A stretch of 63,013 nucleotides of DNA, counting the filler, from Reticulomyxa filosa (lineage: Eukaryota > Protista > Foraminifera): the NCBI GenBank assembly GCA_000512085.1. It is 22 parts of 22 records of this genome, joined end to end, with 100 filler letters (N's around TTAATTAATTAA, not from the genome) between each part and the next. Parts side by side here need not be neighbours in the genome. Positions count along the whole stretch, not along the records: positions 25,287 to 26,448 come from ASPP01000346.1; positions 26,549 to 27,611 come from ASPP01009505.1; positions 27,712 to 29,679 come from ASPP01048177.1; positions 29,780 to 31,583 come from ASPP01020659.1; positions 31,684 to 33,692 come from ASPP01005655.1; positions 33,793 to 40,237 come from ASPP01020164.1; 16 more parts are not named here. One strand, 5' to 3'. Below are positions 25,346 through 37,900 of this stretch, piece after piece. Below the pieces are notes generated by a model. That model was not told the DNA's origin, did no database searches, and was given only the letters and a program-made list of their open reading frames with translations. Position numbers and translations under genes: made by a program. Every line of letters starts with the position of its first letter. Position 1 is the first letter of the stretch.

Positions 25346-26160
25346 AGTTGATGTACACAATGCCAAATCATCTACAAGCAGAATAGGTTGTTGGATAACT
25401 GTTGGCAAGTCATCAATATATAATAGGAATAATACTGGGGATAAAGCAGATCCTTGAGGGGCTCCAGTATTTAATTCCATCCATTCTGAATGAATTCCAT
25501 TCAATATCACCCTTCCAAGTCGATCCAATAAGAAGCTATCGATCCACCAATATAACTTTCATCTAATTTAAATTCATTTCAAACACTATCATATGCTGCA
25601 GAGATATCCAATAACACTGCACACGAGACTGAATTATAATCGAATGACTTGTGGATTGTATCAGTTAATCTCAATAACAATTCGTCTGTGTTGTGCCAAG
25701 ACTGGAATCCTGCTTGCGTTTGATGTAATAACTGCTTTTCATTCAACTACATGTTAATCTCTTTGTGATGATTCGTTCCATCAATTTACCAATGCAATCG
25801 CTCGATGATTCTTGCACTGACTATGATCTCTGTCAGGCTTATGAATAGGCATAATGATTGCCTTTTTCCATGTAATAGGCATATATCCAATTCGGAAACT
25901 CCATCCAAATAGGAATAACAGTGAATCAATCATTGCATTACCACCATTCTTTAGCATTTGATTATGAATGTTATCAGAACCTTGAGCCTTGTACGGGGAC
26001 AAATGTCTCAATGCCTCAATAACTTTCTCTCTTGTGATATCACTTTGATGGATATCAAGTGAACATAATTATCATCCAATTCCAATGGTTTGGATATTGC
26101 CACTTTAAATTTAATTTCATCTTCAACAATTTCATAATGGTTTTCATCAACATCTTTTGG
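25346..26160 (-). mobile_element. Degraded non-LTR (LINE-like) retrotransposon reverse transcriptase
   Basis: KAQGSDNIHNQMLK, WKKAIIMPIHKP, NHRAIAL, QAGFQ, VLLDISAAYDSV, GAPQGSALSPVLFLLYIDDL; catalytic motif degenerate (LVDD); frameshifts and deletions. Confidence 0.92.
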
Positions 26161-27711
26161 GTCTTTTCTTTGTTTTTTTGAGGGGCTTTCCTTTAGCCTC
26201 CAGGCCTTCAGGGTCTTACCTTCGGTTTCCGGGCCTTTTGTGGCCTTTTCTTTGGTTTTAGTGACTGCGGCTCGTTTCTGGCGCGAGTGCTTTCCTCACA
26301 TCTAAATGAGATGCCGAATCGCGATAAGTAAATGTATTTTGGCATTCTTGCTACTACCTTTCGCTGCTACCCCCTGTTGGCTTTTAGCTAGCCAATGATG
26401 ATTAAGGGGGATATTTTTTTTTTAATGCAATACTCAACAAATGGGATTNNNNNNNNNNNNNNNNNNNNNNNNNNNNNNNNNNNNNNNNNNNNTTAATTAA
26501 TTAANNNNNNNNNNNNNNNNNNNNNNNNNNNNNNNNNNNNNNNNNNNNTGAAATCTCAACTGTATCGAGTAAAACTTTATTCTACATATGGCTGACTTTG
26601 CAAAAATGAGAGCGATGCGTCATATCTCTTAGTGGATTTCAAAATATGTATTTTTAATACAAGAATGAAACAGACATATTCTTTTAGTATGGAAAGCATT
26701 TCTGCAAACCAAATTGATTATCATCTACTCAAATAATCGTCTTGTCGCTGATTTATTAATTATTTAGGAAATATGTAAAAAACAATTAAATTTACATTGC
26801 AATTTGGATAAAGGAAAATTAGATGAAACATTAAATATAAATAAAAATAATTAAATTTGTACAACAATGCAAGCATTTATCACATTATTACATTTTCCAT
26901 AATCTTGCAAAAAGTTTTCTAAATTGATGTAGAATTCCATAACATTAATAAGGCAATAGGCTTTGATTTAAGGAATTCTCATTCTTTTTAAATCAAGCAT
27001 AATTTTTTTGAAAAATTGAAACATTTAAAACTATTTCTAAGATAAAATTAATACAAGGCGATCAAAAAAAGGAAAAATCAGTTTGCATAGTTTCCATTTA
27101 CTTATGTAATTCGTCATGACATATTCTATATTTGGTAATGTATTTAATAACCGTTAATAAAAAATCGAAAAAGAAAAATTTAATTGGACGGCGCCGCCTA
27201 ATTTAAAGTTTTCTTTTGATTTTGTCTTTTTTGACCTATTTTTTTGCTAAACAAGTTTTAAAAACATTTAAACTTGTGGACCTACAGAAAAACGCGTTCC
27301 ATTATATTGATATTTAAATAAACTAAGCGCTGTCATCTTGCTTTTAACTAACCGACGAAAAAACTATAAACTAAAGCGATCGTTTTATCTTGAACGGTTG
27401 CACTTTGCCTAAAGATCTTAGAATGTAATACTCATTAGCAAGACAGTTTTTAATTCATATTATATTTTGTAATAAAGCATTACACACATTAACACATTCA
27501 TCAAAAACTCATTTAAAAAAAAAATACAACTAAATTACAAGTCCATTTTTCTGAAATGAAACACTGCAATTTTAAAAAAAAAGCAAAGGAAGGGAAAATC
27601 GAAAAAGAAAANNNNNNNNNNNNNNNNNNNNNNNNNNNNNNNNNNNNNNNNNNNNTTAATTAATTAANNNNNNNNNNNNNNNNNNNNNNNNNNNNNNNNN
27701 NNNNNNNNNNN

Positions 27712-28346
27712 AAATGTGATATTTTTTGAATGAAATGAATAAACAACATATGGTGAAATCACCTTTTTTTCTTTCATGTATTTATTTGAATTAATCATCA
27801 TTGAAAAATCAATATCCTGAAAAAACCATCGATCATTTGACTTTGCAAATTGATCAAGATTGGTTGAAACAATCACAATTCCTTTTTGTTTTTTTCTAAT
27901 CATTTGCTCGACTATTGTATGAGCTGTCTTGTTCGCTTTAATCCATGGTTTATTTTGATATAATTCAATATTTTTAATATCTTGTTTTTCATCATCAGGA
28001 TATTTCGTATCTTCATCATTGTTTTCTGATTATTTGCATTTCCAATCCAATTTTTTTTTAAAAAAAGAAAGTATATCTCCTTTTTTAAAAAAGAAACAAA
28101 ACTGTGAATGAAATGAATAAAAAGGCGAACAGGGCTGGTAGCGAATACAATTCGAAGTTTTTGATCATTGTCAATATTTTGACCATTTATGTCTGTGATT
28201 TTAAAATGGGGTGGATTTTTTGCTTTTAATTCGGCTCTGTTACTAATTAGCTCTTTCACCTTAGCTTCCAGACTTTCCAAGGACAAGGAGCTTAGTGTCA
28301 CTTCAGAACTTTTAGATTCGATGCAAACAGAGGCTTGAAAAGACAT
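27712..28346 (-). CDS. Hypothetical protein with PB1/ubiquitin-like N-terminus, 2 exons visible, 3'-truncated
   Basis: Exon 1 MSFQASVCIE..FKITDINGQNIDNDQKL..LFIHF splices GT-AG to KNNDEDTKYP..WIKANKTAHTIVEQMIRKKQKGIVIV. Confidence 0.55.
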
Positions 28347-29808
28347 ACTTGTTTAAAGTCAGATGACTGCTGCAAAAAAAAACTCCAAAAATTCTTCCTT
28401 TTTTTTCCACTTGTCCCTTTTCTTTTTAAAAGTTTGGACACATTTCAGTGCCATACATTTGACTTACATCAAATGCATCAAAGAAGACCAAAAAATTTTA
28501 AAGTGGCTATGATTTTTACATTCTTATTTGAAAATTGAAAGTGTTGATTATAAAAACAAAGTATACTTTGTAATTCATCCAATTCATTCATTAAAAAAAA
28601 CACAAGTTTTAATTGTCAACAATTTCTATTGTCTTTTTTCCAAGGTGGAAACTAAAACAAAAAAAAACGCGTGCTTCGGCTTTGGTTGTCAAAAAATGTG
28701 GAAGAGACGCTTCACCATCCAGCGAATTGGAAGGAAGCAGTTGAAGATGGTGATTTTAATATCAAAAGTGACATGTATGATGTGGATAAAAATTGTGTCA
28801 AGAAAACTTTCAAAAAAATCCGGGCTATCTTTCAAAAGCTATCACTGTCATTTTCAAACTAACTATACTTACTCATGCATACAAACTCAAATTTAGTTTT
28901 ATGTTTTCCTATCAATCTCTTGAAAGGGGCACTAGGATACCAAAAAATTGGTACACGAGTCTTGCTCCCTTTTTTTCGGACCAGCTAACATAATCTTGCA
29001 ATTCTGTCTTCAAATTTATCAACATTTTAGTTATCTATAGAAGAAGCTCAATTTTTTGAGTTTTTTGCTGAAAATAAATTTGATTGTTTAAATTATTTTT
29101 TTAAAAAATATTGTCGCAAAAAAAAAATTTGCAAAAAACCCACAAAGAAACCATACTTCAATACAAAACCAAAAATCTTTCAGTAATGCAAAATATTTGC
29201 ACACTACATAAAAAAAAAAAAAATTAAACTTCTTCAAGCAATAGACCCAAACACAACTTGCACAATGTCTGGAACAGGAAAAGTGGGAGAACTCGATTTC
29301 GCCACCGCAAGGATCTGTTTGATCGCTTGTGTACCTCCACATCACTGTTAAAGGAGCGTCTTCTTTGTTGGAGTTATACGTTTTGGGCGTTGTAACAACT
29401 TTGTCCTTGGAGTTGAGTTTTTGTCTTGTGGAAACGACATCGCCTCTTGTTGAGGTATATCCTTTTTCAAATCCAATTAGTTTTAAATGATATTCGATTT
29501 GGCTGAAAAATGAATGAAGGACATTCTAATTTGAACATTTTCGCTTGAGATTGTTATGCAATTGTTGTTTGTTGATTTGACGATATTCGATGCTGTTTGG
29601 ATCATTTAACAAACAAACTTTTCTCAGTATTTTCATTTCACTTGCTTCTTTTTCTTTCATTCTATTTTCACACCATAAANNNNNNNNNNNNNNNNNNNNN
29701 NNNNNNNNNNNNNNNNNNNNNNNTTAATTAATTAANNNNNNNNNNNNNNNNNNNNNNNNNNNNNNNNNNNNNNNNNNNNCCCTTTTTTTTTTTTTTTTTT
29801 TTGCAAAC

Positions 29809-30536
29809 CTGTTTGATCGACAAAAGTACTTGTAATGAAACGGTCCGTGGTTTGATCGTGAACACAACCGACTTGATAAGACCACGTGTTGCGAACGGCG
29901 CCTTGGCATTTGGCGTTGAAAAAACACGTTTCGGACAATTGGGTGGCTTGAAAGTCTCTTTTGCACGCACCGAAACAAAAGTCTTCCACCTTCGCCAAAT
30001 GAAAATCGAATGCCTCCACCACGTGACCACCACATCCGCTGCTGTTCGAATACTTGACCACGCGCGTGTGATAGTTGCAGTCGTAAAAGCCATCGCAATT
30101 ATATTGTTTACTGTCGCTTATTGTCAATTGTGAAGATTCGTTTCCGCTGGCACAATTCAGACCTGCTCACAATTCCAATATACGTATACAAAAAATTTTT
30201 TGTTTTCAACAAAAACAACAAAAATCCCCTCCCCCCCCCCCTTTTTTGAATAAAGCTACTTTAACCGTCATAATATTGAAAGACTACTTTCTTCACGTTG
30301 TTCGAGGTCACGCATGTTGCTTTGAAGGATTGGACAAGGGCTATCCGACTTTGGTTCTTTGATGACGCTCCCAAGTCCTCCTCGTAGTTGTTGCATCTCC
30401 CAATTGAAAATGCGTAGCCTTGCCAAGTGTTGTACGCAAAGTTACACTTTAGGTACGAATTTTGCTGGGCTCTGCAGCATGGCAGCAACATACACACTGC
30501 CAAAAGTACCAAGAAATCAAGGAAACAGCACACCAT
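29809..30536 (-). CDS. Secreted or surface cysteine-rich protein, 3'-truncated
   Basis: Signal-peptide-like MVCCFLDFLVLLAVCMLLPCCRA; two exons join as QYYDG-LNCASG; regularly spaced cysteines and N-glycosylation sequons. Confidence 0.65.
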
Positions 30537-32944
30537 TTTTGCTTTTTTTTTTTTACTGTTGGAAAAGATTACAGATCAAATAATTGCCCCTCCAAAGTTA
30601 GGTCTTCGTTTTAAAGAAACAGCAATGCTTTTAAAAGTTTTTGAGGCTGACTCTTTTGGAGTGGCCTTAGTCTTCGCTGACCCCTTGAGCGTGATACAAA
30701 CAGACCCCAGTCTTTAATCTACTTTTTTTGTTTTAATTCTTTTTGGTCAACTTGCAAATAAGACGAGTTGCACAAGAAAGAAAACAGTTTTTTTTATCAA
30801 CGATCTAGTATATGATTATATATTGTATATAACCATTCCTTTTTTTAAGTTTTGTGATGAAACCATGTGTGTATTGCTTGTGTTGTATCTACATAAGCAG
30901 AGCCAAACGTACGAGAGAAAAGAAAGGGGAAAAAGCAAAAAATTTTTTACGTGGGCTTGTCTCATAATTGTTCATCTGCTTGGTTTTTTTTGGTGTGGAA
31001 AAAACTAAAAAAACTAAAAAACTAAAACACATTTGAAGTATTGAAGAACAAAGGGGGAATGACAAGTCATTTTAACAATCAAGATCAGGTGACAACACAA
31101 AACAAGCGTAAAAAGTAATTTTTGACGTGTTGACACATGAAAACTTAAAAAAAAAACAAAACAAAACAAACAACAAACAAAACATTGCACATACAATTGC
31201 AAAACAAACAAAAAGAAACGTCGTCAAAGACCCAATCGATCACATGGATCGAGCCAATCGAAGCGATCGTATGTGACACATGTGGTACCTTATACAACGA
31301 CCAACATCAAAAGCGATGTAAATACAAACGATTCAAATGGCCATCGAGGACAGCCATCCGACGGAGGGCGAGCATACACCTCCACGAGAGAGTCACCCAC
31401 TTTTCGTCAAAAGAAGCGAAAGCAAGGGCAAAAGAGAGGAGGTGCCCCCTCACACGACAATGAGCATGGATCAGAGCCTAATGTATCATATCAACAGTCC
31501 ACCGGGGCCATTGTTACCGAAAACGAAAGAAAAGGTAGGGCACCTTTTTTTTTTTTTTTTTTTTTTAGAAGTAAAAAAAAAAANNNNNNNNNNNNNNNNN
31601 NNNNNNNNNNNNNNNNNNNNNNNNNNNTTAATTAATTAANNNNNNNNNNNNNNNNNNNNNNNNNNNNNNNNNNNNNNNNNNNNGGGGGGGGGAAACAATA
31701 AAAATTTTTTTAGTATGCGTGGAAAGTTGGACATGCACTGGAAAGAACAGCTCAAGGAATCGAGTATTTGACAAATTATTTGCAATGCGAAGTATGATTT
31801 GTGTTCCTTTGTTATCACTTTTCGTTTAACATTATTTGGACTTTGTTGTTGTCATCACTGTAAAAATTTTTTTTTTTTGCCCCCTCTTCAAACATACAAA
31901 AATGGGTCATCCCAGTGTTCACCCCCTTTTTTCTCCAGTTTGAGGTTCTTTGGCTTGATTTGCATGCCCTTCTTCGCTTCTCTTGTGTGGGAAAAGGAGA
32001 GAGTAAGAGCAAGTTTGTCCATTGTTGATTGGGCTTGTGTTTATAATTGGTTGCAACTGCATTCAGTGTAAATGGGTTGACAAAATGTAGAAAGGGGGGG
32101 GAGAGGAGGGGCAAAAAATAAAAAAAAAAGGGGGAGAGAAAATATATTGGCTACGTACAACATTTGAAGTTCTCTTAGGGGGGGCGCTTCATTTTTTGTG
32201 TTGATATTGTGTGGTGGCCAAATGATATAAGTATACAAACCTACTATTGTATGTAACGTGTAATACCTAGTTCTTTATTGCAACGATAACCGGAACAATT
32301 GGCACTGGCAGTGGTTCAGGAAGCCGTCCGTTGATATGTGATCACTCATTTCACAAGAGAAAGTCCAAAATGTTGAATATCTTGAATGAGGGAGTAAATT
32401 GGAACAAAAAAAATATTTTTGATTTTGAAACGGACATGATGTCTACCAGTAATTCCGTCAAAGATAAAAGGCCAAAAGAAAAAAAAAGGAAGGGGGTACC
32501 ACGGCCAAAAAATATTTTGTGGAATTGTACAAGGTTTGTAGTACACCATTTGTATACGTGCATACATACACATTACAAAAAAAAAAAAAAAAAAAAACTA
32601 CTTGACTTGCATGCATTTTTACGGACTGTTAAAAATGGAGAAAAGCAGAAACTATAACAGTAAACATAAGAAAAAACGTATACACAATAATAAACATGCA
32701 TAACCAGAAATGGTCGGATCGGTATTTTGCATTGTATATCATGTATAAGACCCAAGTTTGGTCCAAAACAATGATTTGTTTTGTTTTGTCTCGTCTCGAA
32801 CGAAAAATAAAACTCAGACAAGCAAGCAAAAGAAAAAGATAACTAATAATAATGAATAATGAATAATAACAATAATAATACGACAATAATAATAATAATG
32901 TAAATTACAGCATTCAAATAATCTTCTCCCTGGAATTGTGCCAA

Positions 32945-33670
32945 ATGGATTTTTGGGAGAAAAAAACGGAAGTGATGAAAGTGGAACCGAAAGGGATAAA
33001 GATGGAGGGGTCGCGAAGAATGAATGAAGTGATGAAAATAGAAATCGAAAGTACGGTAGGTGGAGGGTCACTTCACGACAAATACGAATCGAATATGGAA
33101 GACTCCAGGCTACAGCCGTGTCTGAACGCTGGCAATCAAGATATGGAAGAAAGCAGCAGCGATGTGCCTTTGACGAAACTCGAGAGATACCAAGACCGAG
33201 AAATGATTGTGAAAAAGGAAAAGGATCAGGATAAAAGTATGTTAAAAAATGAAGGCAATGACGACAGCAGTGATGACAATAATGCTAACATCAATGCCAT
33301 CAACATCAATACTAATGTCAACATCAACAACAAATGTAATGATAGTCATGACAACAGCAATGACAATGAGAATGACAATAACAATAGAAGCAAAGGAGGT
33401 GAAGAGAAGGATACACAAATACAAAAACTGGGCCGTGAAAACAAAGAGATGAAAGAAATGATAAATCAAATGGAAGGCAAACTGCATCAGTTGAAAAGTG
33501 TCCAAAACTTGGAAACGTTGTCCTTGCAAAGAGAGCTAAAGGTGTCCAGTCAACGTGCCTACGAAGCGGAAGCGAAAAATATTGAATACAAAGACCGGAT
33601 CAGATCCATAGTAAGGCAAGAGAGGGAGAACAAAAAAAAAAAAAAAAAAAAACGGGGAATAGCAAATTAG
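32945..33670 (+). CDS. Hypothetical Asn/Asp-rich coiled-coil protein fragment
   Basis: ORF of about 240 codons ending in heptad-rich sequence near the contig edge. Confidence 0.5.
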   Translation: MDFWEKKTEVMKVEPKGIKMEGSRRMNEVMKIEIESTVGGGSLHDKYESNMEDSRLQPCLNAGNQDMEESSSDVPLTKLERYQDREMIVKKEKDQDKSMLKNEGNDDSSDDNNANINAININTNVNINNKCNDSHDNSNDNENDNNNRSKGGEEKDTQIQKLGRENKEMKEMINQMEGKLHQLKSVQNLETLSLQRELKVSSQRAYEAEAKNIEYKDRIRSIVRQERENKKKKKKKRGIAN

Positions 33671-34954
33671 ACTACAATAGACACACACACAANNNNNNNN
33701 NNNNNNNNNNNNNNNNNNNNNNNNNNNNNNNNNNNNTTAATTAATTAANNNNNNNNNNNNNNNNNNNNNNNNNNNNNNNNNNNNNNNNNNNNAATTAATA
33801 ACAATAGCGTTAATTTAATTCATTAATTCATTAATTCATTAATTACATAACATTACTTAAGATTATGACTAAACTAGAAAATAAAAAGTGTTGTAATATC
33901 TGTAAAAAGAACATAAATCTGCTGTTCATTTGTGGCTTTCAAAATATCTTTTTGACGAAAACCAAAGATTGCTACACTCAAAATTGATAAAATTTCCAAT
34001 GAATCATAGCTTAAAAATTCATCAAATAAATAAATACAGTGAATATCCATATAGATAAGGGATGCAATCCAATTTCGATACAATGATAAAAGGCTTTAGG
34101 ATAACAATATTGTGCAAGAATTTCAAAAGATTTGCTCAAGTAGACAATGAAATATTTTTTGCTGCTAATACAACTTAGGCGACAAAAATAATAAAAGAAA
34201 TACGTATCTTTGCATTGAGGGAATAAATAATAAAAAGATATTATCTATAAAAAAATCAACGAAGAAAAGACAAACTCGAGTCTTTTACCTTGTTATTTTT
34301 GAGTTAACGCTATTATAAGATGCTGATTGTCACTTTACAATCAACACAAAATAATACGAGAATATTGCTCTGAGCGATTTTTCAATAAAGAATAAATAGC
34401 TAATTCAAGAGAAAATATAATTGATGACAAACAAAAGAAAATTTCAGTGCCTTGTAGAACAGTTATCGGTTAAGTGTAATACAAAAGGAATTTTGCTCCG
34501 AAAACAATTTCAGTAAACGAAATGAATTAAATAAAGATGAGCACACAACATCAATCTCAAATTGTCATCTGTGGCTGTTATAAGACTGCATTTCTCTGAA
34601 AAAGTTCGCGAACACTCGGTTGTAAAGAAAATTCTAACCAAAGTTCTCTTGGAACTGTCATTGCATAGCAGGGATTTTCCCCTACATTGACACTAAAAGT
34701 AACCATAAATTGCATATAAAGTTTAAACATTGGATTTCGATCGTAAATTATTGCATATCAAAACTGTATTTTCAAAAAACATTGAAAAATAAAATTATAA
34801 CAGGTTTGTCACGAAAAAGAGTTCTTTGGGGTTGTGGAGTGGGAACGGTTAGGAGTGCCCTATATTGCTACGGAAAACAAGCGGTGCTACACGTTGGCCG
34901 TTCCCCTCTGACAAAAAGTAAGCTTGCTCAAAAAAATTTTGTAGAGTAAAAAAG

Positions 34955-37900
34955 ATGGGTGAAACTATCAAAGTCATTTGTCGATTTCGGCCACAAAATA
35001 AAATCGAGAAAGAGAGAAATGCCTTCGAAGTGGTTGGACTCAGTGAAGACGGTACGATGGCAGCGATTCACCATCCAGACAAAGAAAAACATCCAGAGGT
35101 TAGTTTAAAAAAGAAGCAAACAATCAACGAAACAATGAACTAAAAAAATTCTCCATATAGCCTATGAAGTTTTCATTTGATCGAGTGTTCGGAACAAACG
35201 CGGCACAAGCGGAAGTGTTTGAATACGCAGCCAAGCACTTGGTAGATCAAATATTTGAGGGTTTCAACGCGACAATTTTTGCCTGTTGAGTTTTATCTTG
35301 TTGCTAAGAAAAATGTTCTAATTCCATAATCAAACATTTGCAAATTCAAGCCAATTTTTTGTGAAACCAAAAAAACAAGCAGACAAGCAAACAAACAAAA
35401 AGCAACAGTAACAACAAAATAAAAAGATGGTCAGACCGGTGCGGGAAAAACTTATTCCATGGAGGGTCAGTTGGGTTCCCCCCACCGAGGGATTGTTCCA
35501 AGGACAGTAGAACATATATTTGACAAAATAGCCGACGCTGACCAAACAATTGAATTTGTGGTTAAGTATCCCTTCCTCCTTGTTTATGCTACCTTCTCCT
35601 TCCCTCTATCTCCCCTTTGCCATACCAATATACACACGCTTTTTTCCCTCCCCTCTTCCCTTATGGCATACGTATAACTCTCACATATGTATGTGTATAT
35701 GGGTACAGTTTTTTTTTTTTGGGGGTCACCAACAAAGAAGTTGCGGGGAGGACAGAGAAGGGGGGGGGGGAGAGGAAAGAAAAAAGCCAAAGGACTTCAA
35801 AAACTAAAAAGCTCAATACTATTCTTATTAAAAAAAATCAATAAAAATAAATAATAAACAAAAACAACAGTTGAAAATTGCATATGTAGAAATTTACTTA
35901 GAAAGCTTGCGTGATTTGTTGAATCCACGCAACAACTCGATGAAAATCCGTGAGAGCAACTATGGTGTGTACATAGAAGGTGTAACGGAGATGTACGTGA
36001 GAGATCCACAAGAAGTCATTGACCTGATGACAATGGGCGCAGGCAACCGCACAGTGTCGAGCACCGGAATGAATGAGGTATCATCGAGGAGCCACGGTGT
36101 GTTCATGTTGAAGTTAGAATGCAAGCATTTGCAAACCGGGACCAAAAAGATGTCCAAGCTCATGATGGTCGATTTAGCCGGATCCGAAAAAGTTGCCAAG
36201 ACTGGCGCCACTGGATTGCTATTGGAAGTTGAGTTGTTTTTTCAATTGTTGTTTGAAAACATATACGTATACAGGTTTTTGCTCACATAGCTTTTTTTTT
36301 TTTTTGTATATGTACTACGTAACATTCGGTTTATACGACATGTCGACAAGCAAACAAATACAAATACAAATACAAATAAATAAATAAAGGAAGCAAAAAA
36401 GATCAATCAGTCATTGTCTGCATTGGGTAATGTGATGAATGCATTGAGCTCTGGCAAAGGCCATGTCGCCTATCGTGATAGTGTGTTGACTCGTTTGTTG
36501 AGTGACTCGTTAGGTGGCAATTGTAAAACGACGCTGCTAATTGCTTGCTCGCCTTCATCGTACAATGCAGATGAAACCATTGGCACACTCCGATTTGGAA
36601 CACGTGCCAAAAAAATTAAGAATAAAGCCAAAATCAATGTGGACAAGACTGTTGCCGAATACAAAAAAGTATTTTGTGTTTGAAAAAAAAAACATTTAAA
36701 CAAAACTGAGAGTGACAAACAAGCAAGCAGAGCTTTTCACCAGCGGAACAAAAGAGGACACTGTTTGGGAACATTTGAGAACATGCAAAAAAAAAAAACA
36801 ATTGACACTGTGCAATAGGATATAGCAGTATTGACAGAACAATTGGAAGGATTCAAAAAAAAATACAACACGAGTGTAAAGACGATAGCCCAATTGAAAG
36901 CTCAATTAAAAGCAGCCGTGGAGGCTGGCTTTCAGGTCGGGGACATAGTTATCCCGGAGGAAGATGACGAAGAGAAAAAAGAAGATAAAGCCGAAAATAA
37001 TGAGACAGACGACCAAGATCTTGAGGATGCGGGCGCAGAGGAGGCTCAGCCAATGGAGATGAATGAAAAACATGAAGAACCAAACCAACTGATGGTCTCG
37101 TCCTCACATGATCGAACGCCTTCTGCTGAAAACAATAAACAAGGCGATGACATTACTTGGAAGGCCGCCAAAGAGGCCGAGCTGCAACAATCGCGAGAAC
37201 GCGTTGCCGATGCAGAGCAACGAATATCCGAATTAGAGACTCAAATCTCACAATTAGAGTCTCAAGTCGCCACTTACCAAACCAAGGAAGTTTCTTCTTC
37301 TTCTGCACCGCCGCCCGTTGGTATGAACATATTCATACCATATGTGTGCCTTGTATGAAATGTATCCTTCTCCTTGGCTCACTTGTACAAACCCCCTTTT
37401 TTTTCCCCCCCTCCCATTATTTATTTATTTGTTTGTTTTGTTGTGCCGTGATATGGCATCCACATTCCAAAGTTGACAAAGTAGAAACTCAGCCCAAAGA
37501 AATCGTGCAATACCAGGTTTTGTGTTGAATAAGTAAACAATTGAACAAGAGTGAAATAAGAGAGAGATGAGATGAATGATATGACATGATGAAACAAATA
37601 AAACATAACTTAAAAAAAAAAAAAAAAAAAAAGGTTCCGCAAACAATAAGCGATTTATCACCGGAATTGCTACAAAAGGCGAGAGCGGGATTGCAAATGG
37701 AGAATAAAGCATATCGTGAGCAGTTGGACCGATTGCAACAAGAGATTGAAAAGTTGCGAGAGGCCTCGCAGATCAAAGAAGAGCGATTAAACAAAGTGCT
37801 TCAAAAGTCGGACGAAATCGAAATGGAATGTGACAAACTGATGAGTCAACAAGAAATGCTGGAGGAAAACATTGAAGGGCTGACCCGAGAAAAAAAAATG

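Noticed and set aside
27180-27204. Isolated GC hairpin GGACGGCGCCGCC as a Helitron end or terminator
   Set aside because: Single short occurrence with no appropriately placed CTRR end and no second copy in the window.
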